From assembly GCF_006345805.1 (NCBI RefSeq), contig NW_021823783.1, forward strand, positions 1 to 21,346: a DNA stretch of 21,346 nucleotides. Reading direction: 5' to 3'. The DNA comes from Octopus sinensis. Lineage: Eukaryota. Below the pieces are notes generated by a model. It saw only the letters and a list, made by a program, of their open reading frames with translations. It was not told the DNA's origin and did no database searches. This document shows, in pieces, positions 1 to 10,542 of this stretch; within the stretch, counting starts at the first letter, position 1; each line of letters opens with the position of its first letter. The position numbers were made by a program, and so were the translations under genes.

Positions 1-18
1 ACACAAACGCATACTTTT

Positions 19-255
19 ATGTATATGCACATGTATATATGTATGTGTGCATATATATATACACACACATACATTTATGTATATGCACATACATGTATGT
101 GTGTGTGCATATATATGCATATGTATATATATGAACACACACGCGCACACACACGCCACATATACATATGTACATACATGCATACATATATATCATATAA
201 TATTATTATATCACATATTATAGTATGCTATATTATATTATATTGTATAATATAT
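19..255. repeat. TA/CA/TATG low-complexity tract
   Basis: Directly visible degenerate dinucleotide and tetranucleotide repeats. Confidence 0.9.
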
Positions 256-753
256 TATCGCCGAAAGAAAACCCAAAACAGTAACAAATATTTCATGTCC
301 AATGTATCCATAAATAATTCGGGGAAAAAAAGCACAACAAAATATTGTCTATTTCTATTGGGGTATCGATATAATATATTCATATAATGAAATATCTCAA
401 ACTTAAGTCTATATAGCACATTAACTATACACATGGAAATTCTTTCAGCCAGGCATGCGGCATGGAGTTGCAACAATGCTCGTCGCACGTGCGTTTCTAA
501 TTATAACATATTGACTAAAACGAACTTTGAGATTATTCATCTTTAGGATCTATCAGCAAAATTGGTGGCCAAATTCGATTTAATTTGAAATATTAATAAA
601 TCAGAGGAAAGCCATAAAATTTTAAAGGGAGATAAGAATAACTTCTGTACGCAATCAGGAATTTTATTTCAGAAAAAAAAAAAAAATGGCGTTGGGGAAA
701 TAACATGAGGAAAAAAAAAATTAAAATTAAACAATTAAAAATTACTTTCGTAA

Positions 754-801
<48 letters not shown>

Positions 802-930
802 AGGTGGTGGGGAGATCGTGACGGCAGCGGTGATGGTAGTATTGGTGGTAGTGACGATGATGATAATGATGATGATGAAAATAATAATGATAATAATAAT
901 ATAATCTAATAATAATAATAATAATAATAA
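754..930. repeat. (GAT)n grading into GGT/GAT mosaic and (AAT)n
   Basis: Pure GAT run 754-801; AAT-rich 878-930. Confidence 0.95.
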
Positions 931-934
931 AATT

Positions 935-3900
935 AATAACCAACACGATGTAAACAACGAAGGGAGCCTAATGATTATGATAATATAACAATAAATAATC
1001 AAAACTAAAAACCACAGAGCTCAAAATGGACCACCGACCTACCTCCCAAGAATAAAAATAAACGCAATAACAACACCAATTATACACACATAAACCTAGC
1101 CGTCACTGAACTAGCCACTGAAACAAAAAAAGTGATATCACTGAACTAAATGACTTGATATACGCGGCAGCCACTGCAGCCACAAAAGAAGCTGGATACT
1201 CACCCAAACCCGCCCAAACAGGAGTACCACCACCCAAACAAACCCTGTGGATAATAACATCAAAAGAAAATAAAAAAAATTAGAAAGACCTGTCGATTCT
1301 TAAAAATCAGCAACAAGCAACGCTACTACTGAGCAACAAAAAGAGAACAAAAATGCTCCGCAAATATAACATCACAGAAAATTTTGCCGGAGATAAAAGA
1401 AAATCTGAAGCAAGATATCCTTGCCAAAGCTCAAAGGATCCGCCGGTACGAGAAACGCCAACGCTTCTTTGAACAGAACAAAAAGTTCAACTCCGACCCC
1501 AAAAAGTTCTACCAAGAACTGGGCAAAAATAAATAGAAGTTACTGCAGCACCAACGGCAGAAGAATTGGAAGAATTCTGGAAAGAAATATGGTCGGCGAA
1601 CGAACAGCCAAAAAAAGGAGTATGAAAATAACAAACTCGGCATCTGAACAACTTTGGACCCCCATAACAACTGAAGAGGTCACCCAGGCACTGCAAAAAC
1701 TAAGCAACTGAAGGCACCTGGGCATGACAAGATCCCCAACTTCTGGTTGAAATATCTAACAGGAATGCACAAAAAGCTGGCTGAAAACTTAAAACAGCAT
1801 ACTAGCAGAGCCAGAGACAATGCCTGAATGGCTCACGAAGGGAAAACCATCTTAATTCCCAAATCAAATGAAACAACAAAACCAGAAACTACAGACCAAT
1901 AACCTGCCTCCCTACTATGTTCAAGGCATTTACTGCAGTGATATCGCAAAGGCTGAACAAGCACCTGGACGAAAACAAACTGTTTCCCAGAAGAGCAGAA
2001 AGGATGCCGCTAGGGCTCATATTGCTGTAAAGATCAACTAATATTAATAAAGCCGTAACTGAAGACAGCCACAGAAAGAAGAAAGGCCTCAGTATGGCCT
2101 GGATTGACTACAAAAAGGCGTTTGATAGCATCCCCCACACATGGATCCTCGAAAACACTAGCCATTAACAAGTAGCACCACAATCATAAAATTCATAGAG
2201 CACTCTATGAATAAATGGCAAACAGTCCTACACCTCCAAACAAAAGAGGGACTCATGAAAACCAAAGACATCCCCATTAGAAGAGGAATATTCCAGGGAG
2301 ACACGCTCTCTCCACTCCTTTTCTGCTTGGCACTGTCACCTCTATCTGATATGCTAAATAGAACTGGATGCGGATATAAATGTTACGGTAAAACGATCAG
2401 CCACCTTTTATATAAGGATGACCTAAACTATACGCTGCAAATGACAACAGCTGGAAACACTATTAAAGACAGTTCATGGATTTGCCAAAGAAATAGATAT
2501 GAAATTTGGATTAGAAAAATGCGCCAAAGTAACCATGAAAAGAGGAAAACTAGTTAAGAGTAACAACATCACACTAGATAAAACCATGAAATAAAAGAAT
2601 TAGACCAAAGCCAAACTTACAAATACTTAGGAATCCATGAACTAGATAAGACACAACACACACAAATGAAAGGAAAAATAAAAAAAGAATATTATAGACG
2701 AGTTAGATCAATACTAAAAACAGAGCTCAATGCTAAAAATAAGATAATAGGTATCAACACTTTAGCTGTCCCAGTTATAAGTTACAGCTACAATATCCTT
2801 AACTGGACACGAAATGAAACTGTCCAAATATATAGAAAACAAGAAAAATACTGACAGGATCTAGGATGCATCACCCAAAATCTGACATAGAAGACTATAT
2901 ATACAACGTATAGAAGGTGGTAGAGGCCTTATACAGCTGGAAAACTACTATAAAAAAACCACCATAGGACTGCAAAAATACCTACTTCAGAAGGAAGGAA
3001 AACTGATCCAGATAGCAGCAAAACACGAGCAAAACAAAAAACTGTTCTCAGTATTTAAGGAAGCTGACAAATACAAACAAGAAATCATACCACCTAATAA
3101 ACACAAAGAAGAAGAAGAAGATGATGAAGAAACAACAAAAGCTATAAAACAAATGAATCCAACTAAAATAGAACAGCAACGATCCATGATAAAACGATGG
3201 CAAGAAAAGCCCCTTCATGGTAAATACTGCACTAAACTAAACGCAAAAGAAATAGAAAAAGAAAAATCCCAACAATGGTTGAGAAGCTCAGGACTCAAAG
3301 CAGAAACAGAGGGATTTTAAATTGCAGCACAAGACCAAAGCCTCCCCACCAGAAATTACCAAAAACATGTAATGAAAAGAAATATTACAAGTAACTGCAG
3401 AATATGTGGAGATGGACAAGAAACAATAAATCATATTATCTCTAGCTGCCCAGTCCTGGCTAAGAAGGAATATATTCACAGACATGACAGAGTTGGAACC
3501 TACATACATTGGAAGCTATGCCAACATTATGGAATAACAACAGAAAAAAGATGGTATAGGCACACAGCAGAAAAGGTCACAGAAAACGAGAAAGTACCAT
3601 ACTCTGGATATGCCGATACACACAGATAGAGAAATTAAGGCCAACAGACCAGATATAGTTGTCAGAGATCATGAAGAAAAAAATGCTTTCTAATTGATGT
3701 ATCAATACCGGCAGATGACAACGTGGCTCTAAAAGAAATGGAGAAACTCTCAAAATACAAAGACCTGGAAATAGAGTAACCAGAATGTGGAATCTGAAAA
3801 CAGAAACAATTCCTATCATAGTAGGTGCATTAGGCATGATAAAAAAATATTCAGACAAATACATAACAAAAACACCAGGACTTACAAACACATATAACAT

Positions 3901-4056
3901 ACAGAAAATTGCACTACTAGGCACTGCACACATCCTACGCAGAACACTTTCCATACAATAACCATCAGAGCATCACAACAATCAGCACATACCCAAGGCA
4001 CACAGAGCTGCGCTCGGTAGTGAAGTGAAAGCACGCTATAAAATAAAACTACTGAA
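935..4056 (+). mobile_element. R4/Dong-type (RLE-encoding) non-LTR retrotransposon, copy 1, probably 5'-truncated, decayed
   Basis: Manual translation across frameshifts gives DITELNDLIYAAATAA (1134), KAQRIRRYEKRQRFFEQNKKFNSDPKKFYQEL (~1426), KAPGHDKIPNFWLK (1711), YRPITCLPTMFK, MAWIDYKKAFDSIPH, RGIFQGDTLSPLLF (QGD at 2294), YKDD (2411), YKYLG, GGRGL, CRICGDGQETINHIISSC (3396-3449), NRPDIVV (PD 3649), IDV, KYKDLEIE, QKIALLGTAHILRRTLSIQ* (stop 3959-3961), then a ~95-nt 3' UTR ending in (TAA)n. A TAA-rich tract also lies upstream (878-930). The 5' boundary is approximate. Confidence 0.93.
1025..3961 (+). pseudogene. Disrupted retrotransposon ORF: reverse transcriptase + CX2CX8HX4C zinc knuckle + PD-(D/E)xK restriction-like endonuclease
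   Basis: Domain order RT-CCHC-RLE is read from the fragments. Multiple in-frame stops (e.g. TAG after ELGKNK) and frameshifts (e.g. ~1710, ~1800). The RT motif reads YKDD where relatives usually have YMDD. Track ORFs 2207-2557, 2666-2854 and 3372-3629 are pieces of it. Confidence 0.9.
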
Positions 4057-4081
4057 TAATAATAATAATAATAATAATAAT

Positions 4082-4425
4082 TACAGTCCCAAATGATGAA
4101 AAATTAATATGAGTGGTATAGAAGAAATAGCGAAGTACCAGGACCTAGCTATTGAAATACAGAGACTATGAAAAGTGTGGATAAAATGTATCCCAGTAGG
4201 TGCGTTGGGAACTATCCTCAAAGATGTGAACAGCTGGATAAAGAAATAGGCATAAAACCCAGTTTAGTACAGTTCCAGAAAGCAGTGTTATTAGGGACAG
4301 CTAGGATACTTAAGAGGGTTTCTTCGCACCTAAGGTTACGCGGTGTAACCGAATAGAAGGGTTCTGGGCATGTTAGGCTATTTGTTGTAGCACGATATTA
4401 GGATTCTTTTCTAATCTGTTGAGTG
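4082..4425 (+). mobile_element. R4/Dong-type retrotransposon copy 2, 3' end only (different family from copy 1)
   Basis: Fragments TVPNDEK, EIAKYQDLAIEIQRL, IPVGALGTI and IGIKPSLVQFQKAVLLGTARILKRV match the RLE C-terminus of copy 1 in motif order but not in sequence. Distinct 3' UTR. Flanked by (TAA)n on both sides (4056-4081, 4426 onward). Confidence 0.85.
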
Positions 4426-4443
4426 TATAATAATAATAATAAC

Positions 4444-4538
<95 letters not shown>

Positions 4539-4660
4539 TAATAGTAATAGTAATAGTAATAATTGTAATAGTAATAGTAATAGTAATAGTAATAGTAATA
4601 CTAATACTAATACTAATACTACTACTAATAATAATAATAATAATAACAACAACAACAACA
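4426..4660. repeat. Compound microsatellite (AAT)n-(AGTAAT)n-(ACTAAT)n-(AAT)n-(AAC)n
   Basis: Directly visible. Confidence 0.98.
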
Positions 4661-4661
4661 A

Positions 4662-5099
4662 TATGTTATGAAAGTAATTGTCAAGGAATGGTATGCACAT
4701 GTGCTAAACGAAGTACATGACAACGATCAGGCCGCAATCATTTGGCATATACCTGTTCAAACTGACAAAGAAATAAAAGCTAATCCTTAAGACATAATAA
4801 TCGAGGATTAGGCAGAAAGCACCTGCTTACGGATAGATATCGCAGTCTCTTTTGACCGAAAAATTGCCGCAAAGGTTATGGAAAAATTGTCAAAGTACGA
4901 AGATCTCGAAATTGAGGTATTCAGGATGTGAGGCATGAAGGTGAGAACAATACCAGTAACAATTGAAGCATCGGGTATGATAAAAAAAAAACTGTAAGAA
5001 CAGAAACATAGAAGCTATACCTGGACTCTCAATACCACACACGCTATACAAAAAAATAATCCTGCTAGGAACAGCCCATATCCAACGCTAGACTATCAA
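4662..5099 (+). mobile_element. R4/Dong-type retrotransposon copy 3, RLE-domain fragment, interrupted at its last codons
   Basis: Frame from 4683: KEWYAHVLNEVHDNDQAAIIWHIPVQTDKEIKANP*DIII...IDIAVSFD...KVMEKLSKYEDLEIEVFRM*GMKVRTIPVTI, then KIILLGTAHIQR. Colinear with copy 1 positions ~3545-3960. Bases 5499-5572 may be its 3' UTR. Confidence 0.85.
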
Positions 5100-5498
5100 T
5101 CTTTATATATAAAGCTGAGGTTGTCTCTGTGTGTCTGTGGCAGGTTTGGTAGCCTTCAACTAACACTATCTCCTCCGAGACCCTTCGGCGCAAGTTGACC
5201 AAAATTGAGAGTATGATAGAAGAAGGCTTGCACTTCCTTCTGTAGAAGAAAAACTTCAAATCGGACCATATTATGATCAAACATTATTTACATCAAAAAG
5301 GTGCTTTTTTTACTATGAAAATCCCTATTTTTTACGATTTTTTGACTGCAGTGTCGCCATCTTTCGGTGTATTTCAGAAAAATGTTCACTTAAAGAGAAT
5401 AACAAGCTACATAATGCAAAATTTTTACTTTTCAAAAATTCCAATTCTAAAGGGTCGAAAAGAAAATAAACCCGAGCAACGCCGGGAGATACTGCTAT
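5100..5498 (+). mobile_element. Non-autonomous Helitron (rolling-circle) element, ~400 bp
   Basis: 5' end A|TCTTTATATATAAAG. Subterminal GC hairpin CCCGAGCAACGCCGGG (5471-5486) followed 8 nt later by CTAT, a degenerate CTRR terminus. No TSD or TIR seen. Confidence 0.7.
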
Positions 5499-5572
5499 AA
5501 TATTAAAACTCAAATAAATCAATCTAAAAACACAAAACACAAGACACTCAAAACAGTAAGTATCCAACAAAA

Positions 5573-5755
5573 TACGAGGGGCACTGAAATGTTCTTGGCT
5601 TTGGGTAAGAGGAATTACAGGAGGATCAGTTAGTTTTAATTTTATTAAACATATTCCTCTCTCAGATTCGAACACTTATTACAAAGGGCCTTCAGTTTTT
5701 CTAACCCCTGTAAAAAAAAAAAATCGGAAAGATGGACCTCCTATCAGATTTCTGT
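5573..5755 (-). mobile_element. Mariner-like DNA transposon, right end with transposase C-terminus
   Basis: TA + CGAGGGGCACTGAAATGTTCTTGGCTTT resembles a mariner TIR. Minus strand 5713-5645 reads LQGLEKLKALCNKCSNLREEYV*, like the mariner C-terminal GI.KL..RW.KCV...G.YVE motif. The left boundary is uncertain and no second TIR was found. Confidence 0.75.
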
Positions 5756-5760
5756 AGCGG

Positions 5761-5792
<32 letters not shown>

Positions 5793-6344
5793 AATGTCTG
5801 CATGTGTGTGCGTGGCTACATGAGTACGTATGTGCATAGCATGCGTTCAGAGAGTTTGCGTGAGTAATGCAAGTGATTTTTCATTGGAATTACTTCGCGT
5901 ATTTTCACTGCGATTACTGACTCACATATGTAACAAGCGTACCCACACACACACACAGGCGCACAGACACACACACACATACACATACACATACACACAC
6001 ACTGCGCACACGTTGCGAACTCACACACACATATCTGCCAATACTTACATCAACAGACATACGCATAAAGATACGAACTCGTCCACATACACACGCACAC
6101 CTATTTTAAAACCATATGACTCAGGAGAAAGTGAAATTTGACCAGTGGCCATCATGAAGAAGAGTGAAGACTTTAGCAGCCATTCACGAAAGGATTTCTA
6201 ATTTATGATGATGCTTGGTGCCTCCCTGAGGATTTCTTATTGTCTGAGATGAATGTATGTTCGGAAATATGATAACAGCACTTCAACAGAACATCATACA
6301 AACGTTTACATTAATATCTAGGAGGGTGACTGAGCGTTTGTATG

Positions 6345-6467
6345 GATGCACGTATGCATGTATGTGTGTATGTATATATGTATGTACTACGTATGTATGT
6401 ATTATGTATATTTGCTTGAATGAATGCATGTTATGTATATCTGTCTCTTCCTCTTTCTCTCTCCCCT

Positions 6468-6510
<43 letters not shown>

Positions 6511-6527
6511 TACACTCATATCATATA

Positions 6528-6573
<46 letters not shown>

Positions 6574-6940
6574 TATTATATATGTGTGTGTATATAATAT
6601 ATATATATATATTATATATATATTATATAATATATATATACATATATAATATGTGCATGTAGGTGTGCATGTGTATGTGTGCATGAATGAGAAGCATGTA
6701 TTTATATGTATATATGTACGTATGTATGTATTATGTATGTAGATAGGTTGCTAGGTTGGTAGGTAAGTCGTGCGTACGTACGTATGTATGCATGTATGTA
6801 TACAAGCATGAATGTTTGTATGATTATCTGTACGTACGTATGTATGTATTTATGCATGTATGTATGTATGTATGTATGTATATATGTATGTGTGTATGTA
6901 TATATGTATGTATGTATGTATGTATGCATGTATGTATGTA
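6345..6940. repeat. TATG/TA/CT microsatellite complex
   Basis: Directly visible. Confidence 0.95.
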
Positions 6941-7003
6941 TATCTTTTATCTTTTTACTAGCTTCAGTCATTGTACTACAGCTTTGTTGGGGAACCGCTT
7001 TGA
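6941..7003 (-). mobile_element. SINE family A, short degraded 3' tail fragment
   Basis: TCTTTTATCTTTTTACTAGCTTCAGTCATTGTACTACAGC...ACCGCTTT resembles the reverse complement of the tail at ~20950-21015. Confidence 0.55.
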
Positions 7004-7049
7004 TAAATGACTTTCCCAGTCGGAGAAACGAGCTCCGATGATCGGGGAG

Positions 7050-7177
7050 TATGTATATCTATCTATCTATCTATCTATCTATCTGCCTGTCTGTCTGTCT
7101 ATCTGTCTGTCTGTCTGCCTCCCTGTCTGTCTGCCTGTCTTTCTCCCGTTCTCCCTCTCTCTATCTCTCTGTATATG

Positions 7178-7246
<69 letters not shown>

Positions 7247-7258
7247 TATGTATATATA
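7050..7258. repeat. (TCTA)n-(TCTG)n-(CA)n-(TA)n compound microsatellite
   Basis: Directly visible. Confidence 0.97.
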
Positions 7259-7398
7259 AATCCCAAAAATGAAACAAGAACGCAACAAACGACAGTAAAA
7301 CATCCGGACAGATAGACGATGCGAAGACGGACAAGAAGAAACAAGGACGGGTCATTCGCAGCTTAATCTCGTCAGTCAAGTTACCAAATTGTCAAAGC

Positions 7399-7933
7399 AT
7401 AAAGAGGAACGAAACACCGCTAAGCATTTCACCTGGCGTGCTAACAATTCTGCCGACTCGCCGCCTTTTTATCAATAAAAATAATAATAATAATAATAAT
7501 GTTTCTACTATAGGCACAAAGCCTGAAATTTCGCGGGAGGGGACTAGTCGATTACATCGGGAACAGTGCTCGACTGTTACTTATTATATCGATTTCAAAA
7601 GGATGAAAGGTAAGGTCGACCCCGGCAGGATATGAACATCGAACGTTAAGGACGAAATGTCGCTAAGCATTTCGCCCGGCGTCCGAACGACTCTGCCAAT
7701 TCGCTGCCTTTTTAATAATCCTTTTTACTATAGACACAAAACCTGAAATTTCGTGAGAGGGGACTAGTCGATTACATCGACAACAGTGCTCGATTGCTAC
7801 TTATTTCATAGACATCAAAAAGATGAAAGGCAAAGTAGACCCCAGCGGAATTTGAACTCAGAAGGTAAAGAAAGGTGAAATGCTTAGCAGCGTTTCGCCC
7901 GGCGTGCTAACGAGTCCGCCAACTCGCCGCCTT
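7399..7933 (-). mobile_element. Tandem array of SINE family B: two full ~215-bp copies (7498-7710, 7717-7933) and one head-only copy (7399-7467)
   Basis: Each unit aligns by eye to 21081-21300. On the minus strand it starts AAGGCGGCGAG, has A-box-like TGGCAGA and B-box GAGTTCAAATTCC (7859-7847 in the last copy), a central GTCGACTTTGCCTTTCATCC-type block and an (ATT)n tail. Confidence 0.88.
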
Positions 7934-8256
7934 TTCAATGACAATAACAACAGACGCAGTCTTAGATCAAAGCCACTTTCTCTAACAAGTGGTATTCTGG
8001 CATTTTAATAGTTGTACTCTCATCTTCCACTACGATACCCTATTTTTACCTTAATTTTTTTTTTCTTTTTAGATTTCCAAGGAATCATAGACGCAGTCAC
8101 AGTACTGCTGATGCTGGTGTCGGCGGTAGCGTTGGCAGTGGTGTTCATGATGTTAATAGTGATGGTGATTGTGGCAGTGTCAATGGCCGTCGCAATTGTT
8201 GTTCCTCGTTGTCTTCGTCGACTTCGTAGTCATCGTAATCGCCGTCGCGTGGGGGT

Positions 8257-8257
<1 letters not shown>

Positions 8258-8310
<53 letters not shown>

Positions 8311-8530
8311 TTTGTAGTAGTAGTAGTGGCAGTTACTGTAATAAGTGGTTGTTATGGCAGAGTCGGTAGTGGTGATTGCATTGTACGTAGTGGTAGTGCA
8401 GGTAGTGCTAATAGTTGTAGCGGTGGTGGTAGCAATGCTGATGGTGTTGTTGTTGTTGTTGTTGGTGGTGTTGATGTTGTTGTTGTTGCTGGTGGTGGTG
8501 GTGGTGGTGGTGGTGGTGGGGGCTGTGGTG
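8258..8530. repeat. (AGT)n, (GTT)n, (GGT)n trinucleotide mosaic
   Basis: Directly visible; source of the poly-S/V/G/T ORFs. Confidence 0.95.
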
Positions 8531-9134
8531 ATATGCACGGTGGTGCTGAGTTTTAGCAACGATCTAAAAAATGCTTCTAAGAACGGTGATGCTGACAACA
8601 TGGCAGCACTGTAGCGGCGGTGGAAGTAGGCAGCTAACATGGCGGAGGTAGCATTTGCATCGTTGCTATGAAACTGCGGCGGTAGTGACGCTGTGCCGTG
8701 GCAGAGGCGGAGACGGTGTCTATGCCGTATTTGAAGAGGTCGAACGATGATTAGAGAAATGTCACAAATCTTTACGCTTGTTAAAATCATAAACCCTCTT
8801 CCCTCATCCCTATATATTCCACCATCACCTTCGCCGACATTGGTCCTTAGAGTGGTAAAACTATAACAGCACCGCCACCTACATTAGTCTCCAAATGCAG
8901 CCAGACCTTAATGATCAACTCCCCCTCCATCGCCACTGACGTCATTAATATCATAATCATCATCATTACCACCACTATTATTACCACTACAACTCTCTAC
9001 TGTAACTATTACCACCACTGGTATAACAACCACTATTATCACTACTCTCACCACTACCACCACCACTACTGTCATTAACATCATCACCATCACTACTATT
9101 ACCGCCACCATTACTGTCATTAGGATGGTTTGTG

Positions 9135-9256
9135 ATTTAGACACAAGGCTAGCAATTCTAAGTTGGGCGGGGTCTTAGTTGATACCATCGACCCTCATGC
9201 GTCACTGGTACTTTATTTTATCAACCCCGGCGGAGTGGAGTGCAAAGTTGGCTTTG
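9135..9256 (-). mobile_element. SINE family B, degraded 3' fragment
   Basis: GACACAAGGC...CATCGACCC...ACTGGTACTTTATTTTATCAACCCC...GCAAAGT matches the family B body. Confidence 0.6.
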
Positions 9257-9349
9257 GCCATCACGGCAGAGAGTCACTGCAACATAAATGAAGGAAAGCC
9301 GTAGGAAGAAGGAAAGGTGTTCGTATTCGATAGCGGAATGATAGTCTTT

Positions 9350-9572
9350 GTGTATGTATGTATGTATGTATGTATGTATGTATATATGTATGTATTTATG
9401 TATGTATGTATGTATGTATGTATGTATGTATATATGTATGTATTTATGTATGCATGTATGTATGCATGTATGTATGTATGCATGTATGTATGTATGTATG
9501 TATGTATGTATGTATGTATGTATGTATGCATGTATGTATGTATGTATCTATGTATGCATGTATGTATGTATT
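9350..9572. repeat. (TATG)n
   Basis: Directly visible. Confidence 0.98.
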
Positions 9573-9634
9573 TGTTCTTGAGTTTTTATTATATAAGTTC
9601 TTCCTCACAGGGAGGAGTTGGTTTCTAGTAAAGG

Positions 9635-9856
9635 TTCAAACCTCCATCATTGGAATGTACTAACAAAAACAAAGTCACATTTTAAATTTGAGAAAAGTTT
9701 TGCATATTTTTTACTGTTCAACTCACAAACTGTACTTCTAATGTGCAATTTGATTTATTTCTCTGAAAATCCTGAATTGTACTGATTGTCATTTAGACAT
9801 TTACTCACAGAACCAAGTACACCAATTATTATTGGTTAAAAGCTGGAGGTTTCGAA
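9635..9856. mobile_element. Possible short MITE with 12-13-bp inverted ends
   Basis: TTCAAACCTCCA (9635-9646) versus the reverse complement of 9844-9856, TTCGAAACCTCCA, around an AT-rich core. No clear TSD. Confidence 0.3.
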
Positions 9857-9888
9857 GGAGTTGTCCATAGTTATTCCTTTTTCTTTCG

Positions 9889-10080
9889 GAGTCGCTGTGT
9901 GGTAAGTAGTTTGCTTACCAACCACATGGTTCCATGTTCAGTCCCACTGCGTGGTACCTTGGACAAGTGTCTTCTACTATAACCGAGGCCATAGTAGAAG
10001 ACACTCGCTGAAGGTACCACGCAGTGGGACTGAACCTGGAACCATGTAGTTGGTAAACAAGCTACTTACCACGCAGTCTC
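9889..10080. mobile_element. Two SINE family A 5' heads joined in inverted orientation (fold-back)
   Basis: 9895-9980 and the reverse complement of 9991-10076 match at 77/86 positions. Both align to the tRNA-like head of the full copy at 20602. Confidence 0.92.
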
Positions 10081-10089
10081 TTTCGCGGC

Positions 10090-10104
10090 TATATATATAT
10101 ACAT

Positions 10105-10163
<59 letters not shown>

Positions 10164-10165
10164 TG
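10090..10165. repeat. (TA)n-(TAGA)n
   Basis: Directly visible. Confidence 0.98.
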
Positions 10166-10511
10166 CGCATATAATATGTGTTCGATGTAATTGCGGAGTG
10201 TGTGCAATATTTGTATGTTGTTTATATGCTGTATGATATGTATATATGTATGTATGCGTACATATGTGTCTGTATGAATGAATGTATTTATTTACATGTG
10301 TATAAACAGCGCTATTCAGAATTTTTCTCTCTCTCTCTTTCTTTCTATATCCCTCTCACTCTTGCTCTCTTTTCTCGCTTTCACTCCCACTCTCTGTCTT
10401 TAACTATGATTCTATGTATAATATACATACAATATACATACAATATATACAATGCATGTGCGATACTGTATATGCATATACTATTTTATATTATATTGTA
10501 CTATATTATAG

Positions 10512-10542
<31 letters not shown>

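Noticed and set aside
1421-1711. 96-aa ORF as an independent gene
   Set aside because: It lies within the decayed LINE. Its first part is off-frame to the LINE peptide and only its end (EEVTQALQKLSN) is the LINE frame.
6145-6200. Possible terminal exon AIMKKSEDFSSHSRKDF*
   Set aside because: Weak acceptor, very short and no recognisable homology.
7399-7933. Regular direct repeats as a CRISPR array
   Set aside because: The units are ~220-bp degenerate SINE copies without unique spacers, in a eukaryotic context.
8560-8760. GC-rich patch as a promoter or CpG island
   Set aside because: Short, and continuous with the adjacent degenerate trinucleotide repeats; no independent promoter evidence.
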